This document shows positions 46,893 through 56,080 of a DNA stretch of 62,298 nucleotides, one piece after another. The notes beneath the pieces were generated by a model. That model was not told the origin of the DNA, searched no databases, and saw nothing but the letters and a program-made list of their open reading frames with translations. Positions within the stretch are counted from its first letter, which is position 1. Each line of letters starts with the position of its first letter. A program made the translations under genes and the position numbers. The stretch is from a virus (Duplodnaviria > Caudoviricetes): positions 1 through 62,298 of the IMG/VR virus record IMGVR_UViG_3300012928_000004; one strand, given 5' to 3'.

Positions 46893-47078
46893 TTGCATGA
46901 TAGTCTTGAAAATTATTACAAGACTAATTTTGCACTAATGCAACACCATAAGTATTCTCTTACTGAGTTAGACAATATGATACCGTGGGAGCGTGACATT
47001 TACGTGACACTCCTTATCCAATTCATTAAAGAAGAGGAGCAACGGCAACAACAGGACAAAAATCGAATGTCTCTCTAA
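46893..47078 (+). CDS. gp51: gp51-like baseplate assembly ORF (probably the C-terminal frameshift extension of gp26)
   Basis: NYYKTNFALMQHHKYSLTELDNMIPWERDIY; only a TTG start, no RBS. Confidence 0.8.
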   Translation: MHDSLENYYKTNFALMQHHKYSLTELDNMIPWERDIYVTLLIQFIKEEEQRQQQDKNRMSL

Positions 47079-50000
47079 TGGCAGCAACTCTTAAAAAGTT
47101 TGTCAAGATTAAACCGATTGATAGCAAGTCAGCTACTGGCGTTAACTTCAATCAAATCCGTAAAGGTATTAACCGTCAAGGTACCCTTATGGATGGTCTT
47201 AGCGAAAACTTTTTTCAGCAGAAGACTATCTTAGAGTTTCAAAATCAATGGCTTGATACATCCACTTCCAAACAAGTACAAGTTGTAGAGGAAGAAAAGA
47301 AAGAGAAAAAGAAACTATTTTCTGACTTCAAGCAACGTCTAAAACGAATGCTTGGAAAGAAAAAGAGACAGAAAGCTGAGGATGCTGCAGAAGAAGGGGC
47401 GAAAGAAGGAGATAAAGACGGAAAGAAAAGACTAGAAGTAGTTAAGAAACCTATATTTAACTTTTTACAAAGTATAGGTAAGTTGCTTGGCAACATTATT
47501 AAGTATTTTGTTATCTACGGTGCCCTCAGTTGGATGGAGAAGAATCCAGAGGGTATACAGAAGTTAGGTAAACTGCTGTTCGCTTTTGGAAAATTTGCCT
47601 GGTGGTTAGGTAAATGGGCTGTAGGGTCTATACTAGATGGTATTACAAACTTAGTTGGCACATTTGAAGATGAAGGAGCAGTCAAGAGAGGACTGAGATT
47701 CTTCTTAGGTGCATTCCAACTTATTGGAGGTATTGCTGGTCTTAGGGCTGTGCAGTATCTTGTCATGCCTTGGAAAATGCTCAAGGATGCTAAGAGAATC
47801 AACTCAGTATTCCAGCAAACTGCAGAAACAACAGAAGAGCTCAAGGCATCTAAGAAAGCAAGATTTAAGGGGTATAAAGATAAGAAGACTGGCGTCATAT
47901 ACTCTGAGAAAGAATATAAAGAGATGCAGAAAGCATCTAAGAGAGCTGATGCAAGAAGAGCAAAGAATGCAGGTAAAGGATATAAGTCTGACCTAAATCA
48001 AAAAGCATTTAACGAGAGGTTTACAGGACAATACGATAAGGCAAGGAAGGGACCCTTCCAGAAGATGCAACAGCGTGGTCGTATCGCTAAAGGGCGACTA
48101 GGCAGAGGCATGGGTAGCATGGTCAAGAAGTTTCCTGGCGGTGGTGCTGGTCTCTTCAGTGTTGTTGGCGGTGGTATGAGAATTGCCTCTGGACTCGCTA
48201 TGGGTGAAGGAGCTGGTGCTGCTGTTGGTGCTGGTGTAGGTCAAGCAGTAGGTGGTATAGCTGGTGCTGCAGCATTGACTGCAGTAGCACCATTCTTAGG
48301 ACCACTTGCACCTATCATTGGTAGTGCCATTGGTGGTTTCCTAGGTGAGTTTGTAGGTAAGAGCATCGGTCCTATCATCGAACCTATATTTGAGCCTATC
48401 AAGAGATACTTTGGTATGCTCTTTAAGGTAGTCAAAGGAGTATTTGGTCCAATACTTGACCCTATTAAGGAGTTGTTTAGTGCTCTATTTGGGTTTATAG
48501 GAGGATTGGCAAACATCCTTATGGATGTTGGTAAGGTATTACTAGACTTTGGTAAGTTTATATTTGGTCCACTATTCGCTGTTATTGGTGAGACGGTTGG
48601 TTTTGTTGTTAACAACGCCAAACGGTTGATGGACCCTAAGAGTGTTGTTGGTGGTATTGCTGACGCACTTACATTTAACCTGTTTAACTTTGATAAGATG
48701 GCGGCAGGTGGTGTCGTCAAATCACCTGTACCACAGATGGCATCTGGTGGTCCTCTTAATGGTCAAATCTCCATCCTGAGAGAAATTGGTAAGGTTATGT
48801 TAGGTGCCATAGTTGGTGCCATAGGAGCATTTGGACCATTTGGGGGACCTGTATTAAGCTTCCTATCAAGTGATATTTCCAAAGCATCAGCACTATTTGG
48901 TGGTAAATCTGTACCTGGTAGCACTCGACTTGGTAGTGCAAAACCTACTATACCTAATATTCCAGAAAACCAGAAGGTAGAAAAGACTGTTGAGAAGTCA
49001 GTAGTAGCAAAGAGAAAACTTGAAAAGGTATATCGCGAAGACTTCCGTAAGGCATTGATGAATGTCCTTTATTCAATTATCCCTGAGGAGAAAACAAAGA
49101 AAAAGAATAGCAGCTCTTCTAGCAGTAGTAGCAGTAGCAGTGGCGATTCTTCTAGTGCATCAGTAGGCAGTTTCTCTGGTGATGCAAATAGTGGTAGCGT
49201 CCAGAAAAAGGGCGTAGCTATTGCCAAGAATTTCAAGAATGAATTGGGCATTACAAAGGAAGCAGCGGCGGCAATCGCTGGTAACTTTGCACATGAATCA
49301 GCAGGGTTTGTTCCTGGCATTAGAGAAGGTGGACCTTTCGGACAAAACTCAAAACCATGGCCTAAGGGCACAGTTGGTAAGGGATATGGATGGGCACAGT
49401 GGACAAACGCTGCGCCTGGAGATAGATACGATAAGTTTATTAAATCATACGGCGGTAACTACGATAAGATTCCAACAAACGAGGATAACTGGAAGTTTGC
49501 TGTCCAAGAGATGAAGGGTCCTGAGCCATTGGGCTCAGAATTCTCTAGCATGACTGATGTTTCAGCTGCAGCAGTCTGGTTTAGAAAGCATTGGGAGCGT
49601 GCAGGTGTCCACCATGATGGTCCTAGAATAGACTATGCTAAGCAATTCTTGGCACAAATGGCGAAAGGTGGAATCTACAAAGGAGAAGAAAAGAAAAGAG
49701 ATATCGGGACTGTTGAGAAGGAAGTCCACACTAGAAAAAGAAAGGAAGAGCGTGCCGCTGGTGGTAAAATTAAAGCAATATACAGTACTGGACCTACTGG
49801 TGGTGATAATATTAAACATGCTATGGGTAAAATGCATAGTTATGGAGACTTTGCACCACACCATAGGGATCCTGGCGGTGAGAAAGGATATGCTGGTCCT
49901 ATCATTGGATTCCAAAAGGATTATAACTTTAGTAACCAAGCAAGTGGAGACCCATGGCCTTCCTCAGGTATTGACGTAGCAATTCCAACACCACTAGAGG

Positions 50001-50734
50001 GTAAAATCTTATATAGAGACCCCACAGCAGTTGCTAATGGTTATGGTAATACTGTGGTTATTAAGACTGCAGAAGGTATGATGCAATTCTCCCACTTACA
50101 TTCTATGGGGAATTTTAAGGTTGGAGATGTAGTTAAGGCAGGCACAATCATTGGTGGTCAAGGTGATACTGCTACAGAAGGCTCATGGCACTTGCACATG
50201 AATGCACCTAAAGCATTGCATGAAAAGTTTATTAATTATATTTCCATGGGGAAAGCTACCTCTGGTGGTACTAGTGGTACTAGAAGTAATAAGGAAAGTG
50301 ATGAATCAAACGATTTAGCCCCTGCAGGATCTAGCGGCAGCACTGCGGGTGGAGAAGAAGAGGAGGAAGTAAAAGTTAAGAAGACACCCATGGAAAACTT
50401 GATGGGTGCATTTGAGCAGTTAGAGAAAGCACTCAACATATTAGCTGGCAATGTTGATGTTGAGACCGCTAGCCCACCACCTGAAACGACGGGCATGGGC
50501 ACCGTGGACTTAGAGCAGATTACACCTACAGAAAAAGTTGAAAAGAATAATCAAAACGCTCAAGAAGTCTTTAAGAAAAAGGCAGAGAAGATGCAAGATG
50601 AAGAGATGTCTGGCGATATAGTTCCTATTGTTGTAACCAAAACAGTTGTCCAACCAGTAATAAATAATACTAGCGGAGGTAAGGGATTCCCTGTCTTCAG
50701 CAAACCTTCGCCTATCCTCACGGGTAAACACTAA
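47078..50734 (+). CDS. Tape-measure-like tail protein with lysozyme-like and M23 peptidase domains
   Basis: Helical, amphipathic N-half; AAIAGNFAHES..GYGWAQWT; YGNTVVI..FSHLH...WHLHM. Confidence 0.7.
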   Translation: MAATLKKFVKIKPIDSKSATGVNFNQIRKGINRQGTLMDGLSENFFQQKTILEFQNQWLDTSTSKQVQVVEEEKKEKKKLFSDFKQRLKRMLGKKKRQKAEDAAEEGAKEGDKDGKKRLEVVKKPIFNFLQSIGKLLGNIIKYFVIYGALSWMEKNPEGIQKLGKLLFAFGKFAWWLGKWAVGSILDGITNLVGTFEDEGAVKRGLRFFLGAFQLIGGIAGLRAVQYLVMPWKMLKDAKRINSVFQQTAETTEELKASKKARFKGYKDKKTGVIYSEKEYKEMQKASKRADARRAKNAGKGYKSDLNQKAFNERFTGQYDKARKGPFQKMQQRGRIAKGRLGRGMGSMVKKFPGGGAGLFSVVGGGMRIASGLAMGEGAGAAVGAGVGQAVGGIAGAAALTAVAPFLGPLAPIIGSAIGGFLGEFVGKSIGPIIEPIFEPIKRYFGMLFKVVKGVFGPILDPIKELFSALFGFIGGLANILMDVGKVLLDFGKFIFGPLFAVIGETVGFVVNNAKRLMDPKSVVGGIADALTFNLFNFDKMAAGGVVKSPVPQMASGGPLNGQISILREIGKVMLGAIVGAIGAFGPFGGPVLSFLSSDISKASALFGGKSVPGSTRLGSAKPTIPNIPENQKVEKTVEKSVVAKRKLEKVYREDFRKALMNVLYSIIPEEKTKKKNSSSSSSSSSSSGDSSSASVGSFSGDANSGSVQKKGVAIAKNFKNELGITKEAAAAIAGNFAHESAGFVPGIREGGPFGQNSKPWPKGTVGKGYGWAQWTNAAPGDRYDKFIKSYGGNYDKIPTNEDNWKFAVQEMKGPEPLGSEFSSMTDVSAAAVWFRKHWERAGVHHDGPRIDYAKQFLAQMAKGGIYKGEEKKRDIGTVEKEVHTRKRKEERAAGGKIKAIYSTGPTGGDNIKHAMGKMHSYGDFAPHHRDPGGEKGYAGPIIGFQKDYNFSNQASGDPWPSSGIDVAIPTPLEGKILYRDPTAVANGYGNTVVIKTAEGMMQFSHLHSMGNFKVGDVVKAGTIIGGQGDTATEGSWHLHMNAPKALHEKFINYISMGKATSGGTSGTRSNKESDESNDLAPAGSSGSTAGGEEEEEVKVKKTPMENLMGAFEQLEKALNILAGNVDVETASPPPETTGMGTVDLEQITPTEKVEKNNQNAQEVFKKKAEKMQDEEMSGDIVPIVVTKTVVQPVINNTSGGKGFPVFSKPSPILTGKH

Positions 50735-53700
50735 ATGGCAGATACTAAACCACAAGTAAAGGTGCCTAGAGCAAATCTTTATAAGATGATATCTTATAAA
50801 GGCACAACTGGTGGTGCCAAAAAGTATACTCCACTCTCTGCAGCAAAAGCTATAGGTGATTTGGAAGCAGATATGGGTAATGGTTTTGCTGCCATTACAA
50901 AGGGTATGAATTCCCTTGGCTCAACTATGAATAGCATTGCACTCCAAGTGGAGGGTATGACCGAAGCAATGAAGATTCAAGTTGCAAGGCAAATTGAATC
51001 AGCTAACAAGATTATAAAGGTCCAGAAAGACGCTACTAAAGAGGAGACACAGAGGGAGAAATTAAAGGTAAAGGAAGAAGATAGACGCCGTAAGAAAGAA
51101 GAAAGAGATGAGTCTGAGGAAAATTCTGAGAAGGGTGGTCTATTCAAAAAGATAAGAGAGCAATTCAAAGAAAGCACAAAGAAAGCAGCGGGTGGATTAT
51201 TCTCTGGTCTAGCAAGATTAGCAAAGTTTTTCCTTACTGCAATCGTGGCATTTGGTGTGCTCGATTGGTTAGCAAATAATCCTGAGAAGATTCAGGCACT
51301 TGCTAAAACATTACAAGCATTTGGTAAGGCAATATTTAAGATTACATCATTCCTTGCAGGGTCTGCACTTGATGGACTGATTTCATTCCTAGAAAATCCT
51401 ATCTCAATCAAAGGATTCTTAGGTGCTATACAGTTTGTTTTAAGTGCTGCTCCACTATTTGTGGGCATGATGTTCCTGAAGAATCCTATCGGGACTGTTA
51501 GAGCATTTGCATGGGTGATTGGCACCTTAGGCAAGTCCGTCATGGGCATGTTTAAGGCTGGTAAGATGATGGGCAAGATGCGAGCATTCTCTCGCAATAA
51601 GTTTGCCAAGATAGGAATGGCACTGGGTGCTGGTAGTGCTGCAGCTATGCTGGTCAGCTCACAGGGTGGTAGCACGTCTGAAGTACTGGGTGCTGGTGTA
51701 GGTGCTGGTGCTGGTCAAGCGATAGGTGCACAGATAGGTGCTGCGACTGGTGTACCTGGCATGGGTATGCTTCTAGGTGCTGCTGGAGCAGCCGTAGGAG
51801 GTAAAGCAGGGCAAGGTATAGGTAAGTTACTAGAACCTATTACCAAACCTATTGGTAGATTCTTCACCATGATTGGTGATGTCTTTAATAGTGTGATGGC
51901 ACCTATTAAAGAAACATTCAAGGGATTTTTTGAAGCACTTGGTGGCTTCATGAATGGTATCTTAGATGCTGTTGAGCCACATCTGCCACTGATTACTAAG
52001 ATACTGGGAATTGGTATTCAGGTTGCGTTTGCACCTCTATTCCTAGGTATCAAAGCACTAACTGCTGTGCTTAAATTCTTTACTCCTAAGAAGAATAAGA
52101 AGGGTAAAGATGGTAAAGCAATAGAAGCAAAGTCAAAAGCACGTGGTGGACCTGTTGATATCCCTGTACGTGTGCCTGAAATGGCAGACGGTGGTCAGTT
52201 AACTGCTGGTCCTATTGCATTTGTTGCAACAACTATTGCAGAAGTTACTAATCTCGCTAAAGGTTTGCGAGAGATGATGCTGTTACCATTCAAAGCAATT
52301 GGTTACGGTATTGTATCTGCTATTGGATTCATTGGTAACACATTTGCATCATTCTTACCTGGTCCTCTCAAGAGTATTCTGGGTGCCGCATTAGCACCTA
52401 TTGCTGCTATCTTTGGTATACCACTGTCTGCATTGAAGGTCGGTGGCACAAAATCAATCAAAGGTGATGAGACCGAAAAGGATCCTGGTGCAGAAGTTAA
52501 CCCTGAAGAAGACCTTGACAGTAAAATATTAGAGTCATTCACCAAATCTGGTGATGGCATTATGGCAATCCTAATTAATATTGCAAAAGCATTGTCATTT
52601 AAGTCAAAGGTAGAGCAAGGTCTTGAAAACATAGGAAATGCTGCAACTGGATTCTTTGGTGGAGTTAGGAATTTCTTTGGATTCTCTGAAGGTGGTGTAG
52701 TCCAACCTGCAATAACGCCTGGTTTTGCCTCTGGTGGATGGATTCAAGGACCACATTCAGGTTACCCAGTATCACTAGATGGTGGACAATCTGTTTCCTT
52801 TATTGGTCATGGCACTGAATGGGTAGGTATGAAAGGATTTGCAGGTGGTGGTGCATTTGTTGTCCCGTTTGATACTCCTGCAACCCGTAAAAACAGTGGT
52901 CTTACATCTATGAGAATGCGTGAAGCAGCTGCAGGAGGTTACGCTATGCCGTTTAGTATGGGAGGAGCATTGAAAACAACTATTCCAAAATTTGAAGCTG
53001 GGGGTAGATTTGACCCTAAAGCATATAATAGTAATCCTGATGACAAAAATACAAGAGGTCTAGTCCTAAATGACAAGACATATTATGTCAAATATAATGC
53101 TGACAAAGAAGGAAACGTAAAAGTTAAAGCAGTTAGTAAACGTGTTAAAGCACCTAATCTCTTAGGTATGGGTGAGAAACTTACAAGTGTGCAACCTGGC
53201 AGCGATGAGTTTAATAATATTATTGCATCTGATGGACTGAAACAATCAGTGATGAAGACAATGCGGAAACAGGTTGGGCAGGGTCGCTCTAAGTCATTCA
53301 AAGCATATCCATTGAAAGAGATATCAGTCCATCCACAAGCAGATATTTCATACAAATATAACCAGTCTTACCAGCAGAATCTGGCTGCATGGATGGAGCA
53401 AGGAGTTAAGAAGAAGGAAGCACAAAGACTAGCAGCACGTGCAGCTATGGAGTTTGCAATGCCTAGCAAGGATGGCACAGCAACTACAACTGCAGTACAA
53501 AGAGGTGAGATAGAAGAGAATATAGTTGTTAATGAGAAGGGTGAAACTGCTGATGAATTGACACCACCTCCTGCTAAGAAAGATGAGGATAAAGATAAGA
53601 AGAAGGATGGTGGAAAGAGTCCGATGGAATTGCTAGAGAATGCATTAGAGAAGTTTGGTGATGCTATGTCAGGTAAAGCATTGACTGATGCTGAGCTAAA

Positions 53701-53953
53701 GAAATCCGAAGCAAAGGCAGACAAACAGAAAGCACAAGAGGAAGCAATCACTGCTGCTACTGAAACAAATGCTGCTGCTGGAGTAGGTGATGCTAACACT
53801 ACAGTTGGTAAACCTATTGTCCAAGGACCTGGCGCTGGTAATGATATTCCTATTCCTATTACTGGACTAGATAAACTTGATGCTGATATGTTCCTGATGC
53901 CTCGCTTTGGTCTGATATCAGAATTTAATCAAGATGTGGTGGACCTTAACTAA
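50735..53953 (+). CDS. Second tape-measure-like tail protein (paralog of upstream gene)
   Basis: Same layout: charged coil, L.W...NPE.IQ.L.K motif, GAGVG glycine zipper, repeated xxGG motifs. Confidence 0.65.
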   Translation: MADTKPQVKVPRANLYKMISYKGTTGGAKKYTPLSAAKAIGDLEADMGNGFAAITKGMNSLGSTMNSIALQVEGMTEAMKIQVARQIESANKIIKVQKDATKEETQREKLKVKEEDRRRKKEERDESEENSEKGGLFKKIREQFKESTKKAAGGLFSGLARLAKFFLTAIVAFGVLDWLANNPEKIQALAKTLQAFGKAIFKITSFLAGSALDGLISFLENPISIKGFLGAIQFVLSAAPLFVGMMFLKNPIGTVRAFAWVIGTLGKSVMGMFKAGKMMGKMRAFSRNKFAKIGMALGAGSAAAMLVSSQGGSTSEVLGAGVGAGAGQAIGAQIGAATGVPGMGMLLGAAGAAVGGKAGQGIGKLLEPITKPIGRFFTMIGDVFNSVMAPIKETFKGFFEALGGFMNGILDAVEPHLPLITKILGIGIQVAFAPLFLGIKALTAVLKFFTPKKNKKGKDGKAIEAKSKARGGPVDIPVRVPEMADGGQLTAGPIAFVATTIAEVTNLAKGLREMMLLPFKAIGYGIVSAIGFIGNTFASFLPGPLKSILGAALAPIAAIFGIPLSALKVGGTKSIKGDETEKDPGAEVNPEEDLDSKILESFTKSGDGIMAILINIAKALSFKSKVEQGLENIGNAATGFFGGVRNFFGFSEGGVVQPAITPGFASGGWIQGPHSGYPVSLDGGQSVSFIGHGTEWVGMKGFAGGGAFVVPFDTPATRKNSGLTSMRMREAAAGGYAMPFSMGGALKTTIPKFEAGGRFDPKAYNSNPDDKNTRGLVLNDKTYYVKYNADKEGNVKVKAVSKRVKAPNLLGMGEKLTSVQPGSDEFNNIIASDGLKQSVMKTMRKQVGQGRSKSFKAYPLKEISVHPQADISYKYNQSYQQNLAAWMEQGVKKKEAQRLAARAAMEFAMPSKDGTATTTAVQRGEIEENIVVNEKGETADELTPPPAKKDEDKDKKKDGGKSPMELLENALEKFGDAMSGKALTDAELKKSEAKADKQKAQEEAITAATETNAAAGVGDANTTVGKPIVQGPGAGNDIPIPITGLDKLDADMFLMPRFGLISEFNQDVVDLN

Positions 53954-55320
53954 TGGCAGATAGAAAATCACGGTTATATAAACTCCTTAAGATGGAAATC
54001 GAAACCATCGGTGAGGAAAACTATGACATTAGAGATATTGTCATGGATTTTTCATACTATGAGTCTATCGATTCTCCATTCATAAGATGTGATTTCACTA
54101 TCTTGGATGCTATTGACTTTAATAAAGCATTGATGGGTGGTGAAATTATTAATGTCAAGGTTGTCACTGATTCATCTGGAAATAAACCTCTTAATGTCAA
54201 GTTACGCGTACATAAAATTGGCAGTATTATTAAATCAGAGCGTGGCCAACTCTATATAGTTCATTGCGTCTCTCCTGAGATGTATAACAATGAGATGGAG
54301 AAGGTATTCAAGGCGTTTGGACCTGGCAAAAGTACGAAGGATGTTGACAACATTCCAAAGCACATTTGTAAGAAGTATCTCAAGGCACCTAACAAGAAAT
54401 GTAAGGAAGAAAACTTTGAGCATCATTCAAAGGTTACGTTTATATCTCCTAACTGGAGACCAGTGGATGTCATCTCCTATATGTCAGACAAAGTTTCTCG
54501 TGTAGAAGGGAAAGGGTCTGGTAAAGGATCGAAGTACCAAGCGGGATTTTTATTTTTCGAGAATAGATATGGTTTTCAATTCAAGTCTATTGATTTACTC
54601 TGTTTGGGTGGCGGTACTCCTGATGGGACCGACCTATTTGAGTATACTTATGTCCAACAAGGAGCTGACCCTCCATCAAACGGGGCATACGTTATCGAAA
54701 GCATTACATACCCAGACAAAGCAAACCACCTAAGAAATATGAGGATGGGCACGTTTAAGACTAGTACTATTTCTATTAGTCTATCAAACTTGTCTAGAAG
54801 TCATATGACTAACACTGGTAAGTCAGGGAAGAATGCTCCTGCTGGCACAAATTATAAAGGTAGGGAAATCACATATAAACAGATTTTCCAGAGGGCAAAT
54901 ACTATACATAAAGAACTTCCATTTGATGTGCCTGAGGACTTGTCCAATGCAACATCAACTAGAATTAAGTATAGAATATCACCTTCCTTAAAAAATCAAC
55001 CAGCATTAGGTAACGATCCTGAAAATGGCACAAAAGCAGACACTAATAACATAGCAGTTGCCGAATATGCTTCGGGACGCTATAGTCTGTTACAGGCTGT
55101 GCAACTGACAGTATCTGTACCAGGTAACACAGCACTGACGGCAGGGCAACTTGTCAAGGTAAAGATACCCGCATCGCAAGAAAGCGGAAAGAATGTTAAA
55201 GTAGACATGAAGTATAGTGGTAAATACTTAATTCAAGGATTAACACACATATACACCAGAGAAGGTCTCACTACTAAATTAGTATTGACTCGCGACTCTA
55301 TTATGAAATCAACTTACTAA
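53953..55320 (+). CDS. Baseplate hub protein (gp27-like)
   Basis: YYESIDSPFI, FLFFENR.GF.FKSI, VPGNT.L.AG, YSGKYLI..LTH. Confidence 0.65.
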   Translation: MADRKSRLYKLLKMEIETIGEENYDIRDIVMDFSYYESIDSPFIRCDFTILDAIDFNKALMGGEIINVKVVTDSSGNKPLNVKLRVHKIGSIIKSERGQLYIVHCVSPEMYNNEMEKVFKAFGPGKSTKDVDNIPKHICKKYLKAPNKKCKEENFEHHSKVTFISPNWRPVDVISYMSDKVSRVEGKGSGKGSKYQAGFLFFENRYGFQFKSIDLLCLGGGTPDGTDLFEYTYVQQGADPPSNGAYVIESITYPDKANHLRNMRMGTFKTSTISISLSNLSRSHMTNTGKSGKNAPAGTNYKGREITYKQIFQRANTIHKELPFDVPEDLSNATSTRIKYRISPSLKNQPALGNDPENGTKADTNNIAVAEYASGRYSLLQAVQLTVSVPGNTALTAGQLVKVKIPASQESGKNVKVDMKYSGKYLIQGLTHIYTREGLTTKLVLTRDSIMKSTY

Positions 55321-55332
55321 GGTAACTAACCT

Positions 55333-55560
55333 ATGGAAAGCATCGAAAAACATATCGAGAAGGATAAGCAAATTCTCGACAATCCAGAAACAAATCCACA
55401 AATGCGTCGTCACATTGAAAGTGAATTGCATGAGTTGGAAGATTACGCAGAGCATCACAAGAAAGAGATTGAAGCAGGTGACCATCATGACCCTAATCCA
55501 ATCGAACTATTTTGTGACCAGAATCCCTCAGAACCTGAGTGCTTAGTTTACGAAGATTGA
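55333..55560 (+). CDS. cp12: CP12 Calvin-cycle inhibitor
   Basis: ELHELE; C-terminal ELFCDQNPSEPECLVYED. Confidence 0.93.
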   Translation: MESIEKHIEKDKQILDNPETNPQMRRHIESELHELEDYAEHHKKEIEAGDHHDPNPIELFCDQNPSEPECLVYED

Positions 55561-55586
55561 CAAAAAAGAAATAATTATATTATAAT
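55557..55586 (+). promoter_or_regulatory. Sigma70 promoter of cpeT
   Basis: TTGACA, 18 bp, TATAAT. Confidence 0.7.
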
Positions 55587-55604
55587 AACCATGTAAGGGT
55601 TGAA

Positions 55605-56060
55605 ATGAATAACTTTGAGGAACTGATTTGTGGATACTATCGAAATCAAAGGCAGGCGATGTCAAATCCTGCCCGATGGCCACAGATTGATATAAAAATA
55701 TGGCAAGTATCAAGCGGCATTATAGAAGCAAAGTCTTGGTACAAATATAAGGGCGAGGAAAACGCATACAACTGGGTCAGATATAGAATGACAAACCAGA
55801 CAGAGACTACAGTCTCTACTGATGTCTTCAGTTATACCCATAATGCTGATTCTTGCCCTTTTACATGGGAATATGATGGCAACTGGTGGACTGGTAAGGG
55901 TGACTGTGTTATCCGTGACTCCCGTTGCGTATCTACTATCAGATTTAATGGTTATGACTATAGGTCCATGGACCAAGGTATCGACATAAATACTGGAAAA
56001 CAACTATGGGGCAAACCTCCAGAGGAAGGAGAATTTCTCTTTGTCCCTGTTGATAAATAA
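55605..56060 (+). CDS. cpeT: CpeT/CpcT-like phycobiliprotein lyase
   Basis: G.Y.NQRQAMSNPARWP, SWYKY, SMDQG.D..TGKQLWG. Confidence 0.8.
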   Translation: MNNFEELICGYYRNQRQAMSNPARWPQIDIKIWQVSSGIIEAKSWYKYKGEENAYNWVRYRMTNQTETTVSTDVFSYTHNADSCPFTWEYDGNWWTGKGDCVIRDSRCVSTIRFNGYDYRSMDQGIDINTGKQLWGKPPEEGEFLFVPVDK

Positions 56061-56080
56061 GATTACAACACATTAATATA

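Noticed and set aside
46885-46895. TAG read-through joining gp26 and gp51
   Set aside because: gp51 is in the -1 frame, so read-through cannot join them; no suppressor tRNA in the window and TAG is used as a normal stop elsewhere
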